DNA of 64,000 nt from Raillietiella orientalis. Taxonomy: Eukaryota. How positions within the stretch are numbered: the stretch's first letter is position 1; each line of letters starts with the position of its first letter. Both the position numbers and the translations under genes were made by a program. This document shows positions 40,001 through 50,999 of the stretch, one piece after another. The stretch lies in assembly GCA_036172245.1 (NCBI GenBank), contig JAYWIR010000047.1:496001-560000 (forward strand). Reading direction: 5' to 3'. Under the pieces are notes generated by a model, which searched no databases, was not told the DNA's origin, and saw only the letters and a list, made by a program, of their open reading frames with translations.

Positions 40001-42435
40001 CGACCCTTCGGAGTCCTTCCAGAACATCAAGGAGTCCTACGGGGTTCCACCCTTCTGTTCGTGCTAACGGAGCCGCTCCTCCACCCCTTTGAGTGGAACT
40101 CTCCATCGCGTACCTCGGGGTTGCCTCTCCAGAGGGTAAGGAGAGTGCCTCTCCCTTCAGCGAAATTGGGGAGCGTCCCTTCGGGGTTCTCTTCGGAGGA
40201 GGAAGCTAGGGGAGAATCTTTTCTGGGGAGTTCCTCCGAAGAGAACGAGGAAGTGGTGGTTTCCTCGGAGTACCCCTCCCAAGAGTAAGACGAACGGACC
40301 CCTTCCTCCGGAGCCTTCCTGGATTCATAGGGTGGTCCCTCCGGGGTCACCTCCTATAATTTGAAGAGTAACACGTACCCTCGGATGGCTTGAGCAGAGT
40401 CAAAGAGCTTCGCGACCCCACCCCACTCCTAAGGAAGTTCTTGAGTACTTGGCGAACCAAAAAAAAAAAAAGAAAACTGGAAAAGAGGGAAGAAACCTGC
40501 AGGGCAGGCTCTGGCTGATCCCATCGCTTAGGAGCGCAGCGCCGAGGCTGCGAGGGCTTCTTGAGTCGCACCTGAGGTTTCCGCAGACCCTCCCCCCTGT
40601 GAATGGCTCCGGAGCACAACTCGCAGGAGACCGCGTGCTGTTCCATCGAGGAAACGACCTCTTCAGCAAGTCACCATGGAAGTCCTCGGTCCCTCGAGGC
40701 TGTCGTGTGGCGCCTCAAGTGGACCGAGCGCTGAATCCGGGAAGAGAGATGAATGAAAAGGGGGAAGAGATGGACGTCTGGGAGGGTAGTTTTCGGGTGT
40801 GACCTGGGCGCGCGTCGCCGCCGCCTCGACCTGCAATCGATGCCAGTATCTCCCCGTCCTCGCGCGCCCCCCTCTGCCCAGGGTCTGCTGCCGACTGCTC
40901 GCTCGGTCTCCGAAGCAAAGGCGGGACGCCGACAGTGCCATTGCGGTGTCGTTTCTGCCCCTCCAGGCGCGTGGCCACCACTGCGCTGCACGTGCAACCC
41001 GACCTCTCAATCACCGCGGCTGTCTGGGACCCCTCCGGAAGGGCCATCGGCGGAAAATTCGGAAAGGAGGGCTCATCCGAACCCCCCCCCCCCCTCTTAC
41101 TTTGCTTTCTTCCTTCACGTCCGTGAGGGAAGAAAGCAAAGTTTCCTGAAACAAAGCCCTCCCCAGGTCGGAGAGCGCGCGGCTGCGCCTGAGACCGGCA
41201 CAGGCAACGCGGGTGCTCGAACCCTGTCGCGCCTCGGCAGGGGAGTTTTCTGGACCCCCGGAAATGTGAGCTGGAAGCGAACTCCCGCAGCCATGCCGTA
41301 GTCCGGAGGAGGGACCGTGCCGACTCGCGGGCCGGCTTACGCGTGGAGGTCGGTGGCAAAGAAAGGGGAGAGCTCAGGGCAAACCGTCCCGGATCCTCCC
41401 TTCCCGGAGGGACCAGCCCCACGAGACCTTCCCCCGACGAGCGACCGCCCATCGGACTGGCAGGAGTCCCCGCTCGGGCGCTCGGGATTCGGGAGCTCCC
41501 CCACACGTGTGCGCGGGCTCCGAGGAAGGCGCCGCATCCCGGCAGCTCGCGTCCTGCGCGTGTGTCTTGTGGTCGTTCCCCACCCCCTTTCCTCCACGAG
41601 GGGCCAGTTCCCGCTTCGTGCTCTGCTGCCCCCAGCAGGCACGTTACAGAGCTGTTCTAAGGCAGCAGAGGGAGCCACCAAGCTCTCGGGAGAAAACCCT
41701 GAGAGGTCCGGTCCTCCCCTTCCGGCTGCTCGGAGTCTCCGGGTCGGCTCGGAGACCGTCCGATTTGGCCTGCAGGCAACGGTGGCTTCTCTCTTCCTCG
41801 TGGAGGGAAGACAGCGCGGTGTTGAAGGAAGGGGAGGGGAGAGGGGGCAGGGACTCGATTCCGATGGTCCAGATGGAAGAGAAGATGCAATCCAATTGCC
41901 TGGGGACATCGAAACACATCGAGCTGTTCCGAGAAAGCGCTAGAGGACAGGGACGGTCAGCCGGAGCGCCCAGCTCCTGGTGCGCGTTTCTCTCTTTTTT
42001 TTTTTTTCCTGCCCATCCGCGCCCGCGTGTGATTCGGCCCTCGGCTCTCCTTTCCTTGACCAAGTTCCAACACCAGAGGTTTGGAGCCTCTTGCCGCCGA
42101 TGCTTGTTTCCAAGTTGTCCTGGCAGCCGGCCGCGAGCTGGCGAGGACTGCCTCATCTTTCGCGGCAGGGTTTGCTTGTCTTTCCCTGCGGGAGACCATC
42201 GAGAACTTTCCGTTTCTCCAAGGGGGGTTCCTTCTGTGGGAAAGGCCGCCGAGATCCACGGTCTTCTGGAAGAAGAGCTCAAGTGATTAGCGGCAAAGCG
42301 GCTCAAGTGATTACCTTCGCAGACGGCAATTTGTTCCGGCAGCAGTCCACTCACTCATCCTCCGGAAGTCGCTCCCACAAGGCATCGCGCTTTGCCCCAT
42401 TTCTCTAGCGCGAGTGTCTTCGCCGCACCTTGGCT

Positions 42436-43027
42436 GCTGACTTCCAGGTCACGTTCATCTCTCGCTCCCTCGCTCTCCTCTTTTTTTTTTTTTTTGGTTC
42501 GCTAAGTACCTCAGAGCCAGTCGCGTGCCTCGCGGCGCAAGTGGCTCTTTTAAACACACTGTTTTGTTTCCACGCCTCTCCGCCTGCGGCAACCCGCAGG
42601 GGGGCGTGTAATTCGGGCAATTCTTCAGTTCTCTTGGTTTTTCACCCGGATATGCCGGGGCATTTATTACTAAAATTTTGTGAACAAAATTTTATAATAA
42701 AGTCTTAAATGTTTTTCCAGGCAGAACACGTGGTTCGGACTGTCTTGGAGCAATTGTCTTTACCGACCCTCAGGTCAGTGAGGTCCCCTTCGCCGGCGAA
42801 GGGGGAGGGAAAACCACAAAAAAAAACAGACACGAAGGGAGGGCCATTTTTTTACGGGAAGGGGAGGGAAGGGAAGGGATCACAGTTCGCCGCGAGGGGT
42901 CCTCTGCATACGAGTTTGGATGCGGACAAGTGCCGGTCTAATAGTCCTTAGCCGGGCCCATCGGGAAGCCTTCTCCATGGAGCTGGCTGACTTCCAAGTC
43001 ACGTTCATCTCTCGCTCCCTCGCTCTC
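42436..43027 (-). mobile_element. ~508-bp poly(A)-tailed insert flanked by 42-bp direct repeats
   Basis: GCTGACTTCCA(G/A)GTCACGTTCATCTCTCGCTCCCTCGCTCTC at 42436-42477 and 42986-43027 (1 mismatch). T15 at 42481-42495 lies 3 bp from the left repeat. Confidence 0.6.
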
Positions 43028-45116
43028 TTGGAAACTGCAGTTTGGTTTCTCAGAGGGAGCCGATGGCCGCATCCTTCACAAGACAAGATGCTCACCTTCC
43101 ATCGTCTTCTCTCCTTGCCCTCTCTCTTGAAACTGCTCTCTTGACGAATCTTCCCGTTGGGGAGGCTGCACATCCGGTCAGGGGAGTTGTCCGGGATAAC
43201 CCACGTGAGAGGGCAGTCGCGTGATCCACCGGGGAAGAGTTTCTCTAGGCAGCACTCGCGCCTTCCCAGCTCCGCGCATACTCTGCGTGGCGCGGCTTGT
43301 TGTTCAGGAGAACCCCCACAGCTCGGTCAGGCCAGGAAGAAGGAGAAGGAATCCCCTCCTTCGCGTCCACTGCATCCGAACGCGTGCGAACGGACTGGAC
43401 GACTCCCTGCTTCCTCTTCGTGGGGCGGTTACCTTCCTTCCACTTCCAGGATTCGGGGCTCGACACCTCGAAGGGAACAAAGCTGTCGGGGGCGTGGTCT
43501 CCTGGCAGTACTACTACAGCTGCGGTGCTGTTCCTTGCTGTTCCTGGCTCTGCTTTCCTGCGGAAATGGACCTCCATCAAAAAAATGCTGCTGGACTGGG
43601 GTGGGGGGGAGGATCAGGTCAGACATTTCTAAGGGTATGTCCGCGAAGGGGAGAGCTTCCTACTTCCCAACTGCCGGAGAGAGCAAAGGTGCAGCGAAGG
43701 TAGTCCTCCTCTTCTCCTCCTACGAAACAGGGGTGGCACGGGGAGGTTCGTCTCCCTTCCTCTCTAAACAGATCTGTGCATTTCTCTCAACCTTCGCAAA
43801 CCTAACTTTCAAACTGGGCGTCCGAGAGACACGGCACTTGGCTCACTTGGGGGGTTGAAGCGGCGGTCAACGCACGGGTCGATCCTGCGTCCGTCTAGCA
43901 CAACCATACTCAACCTACGGCCCGCCAAGCTTCCATGTGCGGCCCATTTCATGCACAGTCATTAAGTATTTTTTTTCAAACTTCTGCTAGTCGGGCGGTG
44001 GTTTTTACGAAAGGCCAAGTGTGAGCAGTTGGCACCCACGCGCACAGCGCCTCTCGCGGGCTGCCGCTTGTTTGTTTGTTTAGTGACTCAGTGCAATGAC
44101 GTTGTTGCGTACAGTTTCTCTTCGTATCTGTAAGTGTTGGTACACTTAACTCGCCACAATTAGAAAAGTATTCGTTTACATCCATATTCTTCAGATTTAT
44201 TTGCACAAAATATACGAATGTAGAATAAAGTTATACTGTGTTGAAATTTGTAGAATTAATTAAAATATACTAATGTAGAAATTTTTTTCATATGATTATA
44301 TTTTAATATATAACGTACCATATACAGCTCGCGTACTGTTGCAAACTTATGTATGTGGCCCGGAGAAGAAGAAAGCTTGAGTGTCGCTGGTCTAGCTGGA
44401 CGGGACGCAAAAGGATCCAGCTCTTTCGAACCGAGCTCTTCGCCACACGTCCTGGCGGCGACCAGGAGGGGTCGGCAGCCTCCGTCGCGCCCCATCCGAC
44501 TCCTTGCCGTTCATCTTCGCCTGCCTCGGGGTGAATCCTCCATGGCATTCAGCTCTCTAGGAAGCTCTCGGCTGCAGCCGGAAAAGAACTCTTTGCACAT
44601 TCGATCTCGGAAACCGCTCGCTGTTCAGACGCTCAGCGATGGTCAAGAAGATAAAAGAGAAGGCTGGGGTCACCTGAATCTCATGTGAACGGATGCACTG
44701 AGAACACGCAGTGCTCTCGGTGAACGAGCGGACCGAAGAGGAACTTCTTTGAAGGCTTTCCTCTGAAGAACTGATAGGCTGTCAGCGGATGGCACTCGAA
44801 CAGTAAACACGCGAAGACGATCGTCCCCCGCGTGTCCCATGTTCCCGATGTCCGACCTCGCACCGAAGAGCGGCATTCCCTATCACCACTGAAAGGAGAA
44901 GGACGCCTGTAAAAGTCAAATCCACGTCCTGAAGAGGAGTCCGAGGACGCGAAAGCAGCGCTCCAGAGGGAAGCTGGAGTTCCGACTCTCGGTTCGAAAA
45001 TGAACGGACGCGCGACGACGTTCCCTTGGGTTACCCAGAAAGTCACCCTCGTGGAAAGAGGGGTGGTATGAGACGGCATCTTCTTGGGAAGCATGTGTGA
45101 TGTAAAACTTGCATGC

Positions 45117-45251
45117 TTTTGTTTTTGTTTTGTTTGGTGGTGGGTGTTGTGTGTGGGGGTTGTTGTGTGTGTTTTGTTTGGTTGGTGTGTGTGGGGGGGT
45201 GTTGTTTGTTGTTGGGGGGGGGGGGGGGGGGGGTTGTGTGTGTGGTTGTTT
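45117..45251. repeat. 135-nt G/T-only low-complexity tract with a G20 run
   Basis: No A or C on the + strand across the interval. Confidence 0.9.
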
Positions 45252-46449
45252 CTCCTATTTTTATGTCTTATCGGGGTCCAGTCTATGCTAGCAACCGTCT
45301 CCTTCCGAGCGGAGGCTCACCTGCCGCGCCCACTCGTCGTCCGTGTCCTCTTCGTGAACGCACCGCTGCGATTTCCCGAAATCCTCCCGAAGGGAGGAAG
45401 GCGGAAAAAAACCGGTTCCGAAAATCTTTGCCTGTCGTGATCAAATTGTGCATTTCTTCAACAGCTCAGGAAATTCCGCAGGCGTTGATCCTTCGAGAGG
45501 GATGCTAGCAATGATTCACTGGGAAGTATTTTCTTTTTTTTTTTTTTTCTATTTGAGATGTTGCATTTTTTTTTTTTTTTTTCTCCCCAATAACTCGACA
45601 TTTTTAGCAGAATAAGATCAGCTAAAGTACTCTTTATAACAGTTGGATTTTTTCCCTTAAAAAAAAAAAAAAAAAAATGTTAACGACTGAATTCCTGATT
45701 AGCAGTGAAATGACCTCTGTGTTGACAGTCAGAACCAGACGCTGTATCCACCGGGATGGCTAGAAAAGAGTCAGTTTTTGATTTGATGTAACCAAAGTGG
45801 ACCGAGATTTCATGCAAGAATTGCGCATATTCGATGAACCTCTGTATTAAGGTTTCAAGTTATATATGGAAGCCGGATCAGAAAGTGGTATATTTGCCAT
45901 CATGATGACGTGTAGAAAACAGGAGACTTCCTGGGACACTACTAGTAAGTGCTTCGGGTGTGTTTTTGAGTTCGGATTTGTTTTCGTGAGCTGCTCTGGG
46001 ATTGCTTAGCGTAGAATCGACGCGGATGTTTTTCTTTCTGTGAAAAATTCTGAAACATTTTGCCGAGTGCATCTTGACGGATACATGTTAGCGTAGGGTT
46101 TGTCGCTCTTACTATTAATACCTATTCAGGATAGGGATTATACACATAATTCAGAACATCAATGTAAAAAAAAAAAAAAAAAAGTATGGCAACGGAAAAA
46201 ATGCCGATTTTTGTGGAACCCTTTTTTTTTTTTTTAATTCAGTGGTGTCTCCATTTTAGGAACATCGGTCATGGTAGTCGTGCTGCTGCTAGCAGCTTTG
46301 GGCATCAGCTGCACCTCATCGTTTCAGTTCCAATACAGCGGTGAGAAAATTGGTTCATTCGAGATGGGAAGGGGGGGGAGGGGAGATAGAAAGAGAGAGA
46401 GAGAGAGAGATTTTGTTTACACTTTCTTCGCCTCCAGTAGTCGTAACCT

Positions 46450-48050
46450 CAGCGGTCGCAAAAGCTTGCAGGTCGTTTCTCTGCCGGAATGCATCCAGCA
46501 GCTCCTGTCAACAGATTTTGACCTCAGTTATGTTCGCACCCGCTTGAACAACGCGTTCCATCTGCGCCACGTAAGGGAATTTCGCACTTTTCTTCCCACG
46601 TGCGGATCCGTCGCCACCCTGAAAGGGGAACTTCCGTCTTTCTGCTCCTCGTCCCGTTGCCCACACAGTCGGAAAGACTGCGAACGCCTTCTCGAAAACT
46701 TTTCAGCAATCTTCCCGTCCCGGTTTCCAAGTAAGGTGTGTGCCATGGGAAAACACATCCGTGGAGTGTGTGTCGTAAGCAAACAGTGAGGGAACGCGGG
46801 AACAGTGCTTTCGTCTTCGTTAGTCGAAAACCCGTCTTTCGTTGCGAGGGAACAACATCCTCTGGCAACCACATCTTGAAAATGAAGGGATCGTGTTGCA
46901 AGCATGCACTGATTGCTGCGTGCCACTGCCACAAAGTGACTCTTAGTGTTGCGGGCATCCCAACGAATGGGATGTTTTCCTACGAAGAACCCTTCGCGGA
47001 GGTCCCGTGCGTTTCGTCTGCTCCCTTAGAGGAGGAACCCCTCATTCGAAGATCAGGCCAACGAGAGGTCCTTGCATTAGGTCCAGAGGGCGTCCACGTT
47101 GACTCGGCTTCTGTTTCGGATCCTCAGCAGCAATCTCCAGGAAAGGTGGGACTGCTTGCTCGAGTAAGTGGCATCTTAAACGGGACGTTTCCGAAATAAA
47201 ATCAGAAAACCAGCGAGCCCGAATTTTGGCAGGAGCTGAAGGGACTCGAAAACGCATTGAAATATAGAGACGAGCAAAAGTAATCAGCTGTTACATAATT
47301 AGAAATGTGAGAGTTTATATTGGAATTAACTTTACATACTGAAGACACTGAGCGGAGGAAAGTGGGAGAGGAAATTGCGACAAGCGTGAGTAACAGAGCA
47401 TTTTCTGTGTCATATGTGACGGTTTTCTGAGGTGCTCGTTCGTGTGGATGTGCTTCCCTTTGGTGGTTACTCCCCAAGGAGCAGATGTAATGATTGAATG
47501 ATTGAATAGCCTAGCTCGTTTAATGCCAAATAATGATTAACCAAGTTACCGGTGAGCAACTCGCAAGTGAAGAGCGCATCTGCCCCCCTCCCCTCCACTT
47601 GCAAGGAGTTCTGTGAACGGTTTTAAATGTTTCGAAACTTCACGATCGTCCAGATTCACAGCAAACGTACTTTTTCAAATCTTCCTGGATACCAAAGAAG
47701 CCCTCCCAGAGCGGTTAGTTTTTTTTTAATGCCTCCTCCGGTTGAAAGTAAGGCTTTTCTCCACGTGCTGGAGGGCCAGATGCGTCCCGACTGTGAGCTC
47801 CGTCAGACCCAGTTGTTTTTGAGTCTCAAGAAATTCCTCCCTTCGATTCCTTCTGGCATGGAGCTTGCTATCAATCCTTTTCCGAAAAGACGTTTTCCAC
47901 TGTTTGGTGCTGAAGCCAGTTTGGTGAGCAGAGTCCAAAGAAAAATCCTGGGCTCAGTGTCTTGGAAGCGCCACTCAGATCGAGAGTAGAGGGGAAAGAG
48001 GAAGGGGACTTTGGACCTAAAATGGCTGATTCGCATGTTTGGGAGGAGCG
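46450..48050 (-). mobile_element. Decayed LINE RT fragment interrupted by an AT-richer segment (~47200-47620)
   Basis: 'EWRFQ...IFLWTLLTKLAS...GKRL...EGR' and 'QHVEKSLT' loosely follow the WRPISLL/LANRL/GR/EKAFD order. Confidence 0.4.
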
Positions 48051-50999
48051 TTTCGTCCTCGTAGTGATAACCAGGGGAATGGCAGGCACTCTATCCTCGC
48101 TATCGCGGGCTGTGGCCTAACGAGAGAGGCCCCACCGCATCTGTCGCCGCTGCTGGAGAAGTCAACTCTGCCTACTGGGGAAGGATGGGGGGAGGGGGAT
48201 CGCTGGCGAGCGAGCGAAGTGAACAAGCTGCTGAGCTCTGCATGTATTCTTATAGGATTCTGCGTGGGGGCAGCAGCAGCTCCGTTATTTCGGAAAACTC
48301 CCAAGGTGCACGTCCTTACCCACATGCAATTTCCCCATCCTGGTCAAATGGACCTTTTTTTCTCAGCCTCCTAACCTGCAACGTAGCCGACGCCTTCCCT
48401 TCCTCCGCACGCAGTTTTTTTTTTTTTTTTCTTTAAAAAAAAAGGGGAGGAGAAGGAGGGCAATAGGGAGATATAGTGCTTGCGAGACATGCCTCGGGTA
48501 TCCCTCGAAGTTCATTGTGTCTTTATCCACTACCCCTGTAGGTGTAGGAGGCAAGCGAAAAGAAATGACATGAATCGTAGGTGGCGAATAATGACACATA
48601 AGTGCCGCACCAACGGAAAGTCCAGGACGGAAAGAGAGGAGAGGGAACCTTACGGCTTTCTCGAAGTGGCGAAGGGTCCCAGAGAAGGACTTGCCACCTC
48701 CCTTGAAGGAGGAAAGCCACCTGAGTGGTTTTCTTTCTTCCCGACCCCTCCTTTCCCTCGTCCCTCTCATTTCTTCCGATCAGGGGGAAGTGGCACTTTT
48801 CCTTCCTGTGCGTTCCCTCTGCAGCGGCCACTCTCTCAGCCGCTACCGTCTTTTCCTTTTCCTTCGAGTCCCGTTCTCATCCTCCAGAGACGTCTTAACT
48901 GCTTCTCAGGTTTCATGCCGGGCTCTCCCCACGCGGTCGTTGCCAGGAAGGTGATGCTGCTCCCTATGAGGTAGCGGCAGGCAACTTGCCGGAAACGAGA
49001 AAGGGGAGGGATAAAGGGGGTGACGGAATCATTCGTTCGCCCGCAAAGCGACACGGTCAGCAACTCAGAAAGGCAGACAAGTGTGCGAGAGAACGGAGCA
49101 GTTGTTTTCGACCTCGCGAGTTTAGACCTCGCGTTCCTCCTCTTCTAAAGCTCCTCACCTTGCTGTCTCCACGCGGGTAGGCATCATATCCACAGCCTCT
49201 TCTCCAACATCGCGGAGAAAAGAGGACTCCCACTCTTCTTCCGTCCCCATGCGCCCCGACACGTTGCTGTGGACCCCTTTGGAGCATCCCTTGCGTTCCA
49301 TTTCCCATCAGGTGCATCTCATCTTCTAACTCTCCAGGAACGCCCTGGAAGAGGTCGCTGATCGCTCTTTGGCTCTCAAAGAACCCCCTGTATCCTACCC
49401 TCCAAGTAGGGCAGATCATTCCCCTCACAGAGAACTTTTCTTTCCAGATGGACCTTTGCAGCAACCCTCTCGAAGGTCGCTCGGATCGACTATCCTTGAG
49501 AATGGAGGACGAAGGTGGCTTCCCGTGGACGCGGGGGAGGAAATCGACACCGCCTTCTTTCCCTTTCTCCGGGGCGCGGAGCCCAAAAGCAGCGGACTGA
49601 AGCTCGCCGTCCCTGGAAGAGAACGCCTAAGAGATCTGAAATCTCCCGGTGGCGCAAATCTCTGCTATCCCCCGATGGACTGCGACTACGAGCCCTCCAA
49701 AGAGTCCCAGAAGAGGAACAACAACGATGGGTCCCGGGTCAGGGGCACGGGCCTCCAGCTCTTCTCCATTGCGGACCTCGTCCACAGGAACATCCCTTAT
49801 TTCTGGAACAGAGAGACGAGCCGGCGGACGTGGGGCCGGGGAAGCAGCAGCCTCGGCATGAAAAGGACAGGTCATCACCAGCCTACCAGCAAGTACAGCC
49901 CTCATTACCAGTGGATCGGTCTGGGCAAGAGAACAACGACTCCGGCGGAGGAGGAGGGAAGGCAGCGACTGGCGGCCGAACGTTCTGGAGAGACGGCCAT
50001 CCACTCGTTCCGCTCCGGCATGGCGACAAAAGCGGAACGTCGCAGTCCCTGGAACCCCCCTTCCCAGGGAAGCAGGATAAAAGGAACGGAAGGGAAGGAG
50101 GATGAGGATGAGGATGAGATGATCTCAAGACCTCATCCCTTGGGGCGATATGGGGAGTACAGCCGTGAAGAAGAGGGCGGTGACGAAGAAGACGACTTTC
50201 CAGTCGACCCCGACGGGTCCTTCCGGACGCTGCTGCTCGACAGGAAGCCCGGTGTTCTCCCCTAATCACCGTCTTCTGAAGAAACGGGCTCCTCCTGGAA
50301 CCCTGAATGAAGAAGAAAAGGAAAAAAAAGAAAACAAAAGTCCGTCAGTGTCTCGGGAATTTTCACCGAGTCAGTAACGATGGGAAACTTCATAATCCTC
50401 TCATTCTCATCTCATCTCCTTTACTCCACATGAGGGTGTGCCACCCTCATGCGGGAAAGGGAGCCACACGCGTGCTCAAGGTTCTAGCGCCTTAGAAGCG
50501 GGGAACACAAGCCGTCCCATTCCACTGGGGAGGATGGGGAAGGAGTTTGAGGGTGCCAGGACTCCTCTGCTGACGTTAGCTTGGCCTGTCTCTTTGGAAA
50601 AGGAAAGGAATGGGTTCTCGCAAAACCCGCCTACTCTTTGCCTTGGGAAAGGGAGCCACAGTAACGCAGGCCGAGTACCTTCGCACATTCGTTCGTGTTC
50701 GACAGGGGTGAACATGGTTCCTGGATTAACCCCTAGGAATACTCAGCCAACAGACCTCGCTACCGCTCTTCCCAGGGGAAACACTAGGATCTGGAGAGGT
50801 CGAAGGGGAGCTTGAGCCGCCTGCGAGAGACCTCAGGTGGTGCGCCTCATCAATGGACGTCCGAGGAAAGAGGGGGGGGGTCGAGCACAGGGCAAGGGCG
50901 AAGGAGCGAGCCGAAAGTGGAATCAGTAGCCACGTGTCTGTGATGCGGGAACAAATTCCAGACGCAGGGGTCGAGACGAGCAGCGCGAGCATTGCTCAG

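Noticed and set aside
42540..42635. Hammerhead-like CTGAAGA...GAAAC on the minus strand
   Set aside because: Stem I cannot pair and stem II does not abut the core, so it does not fit the hammerhead topology.
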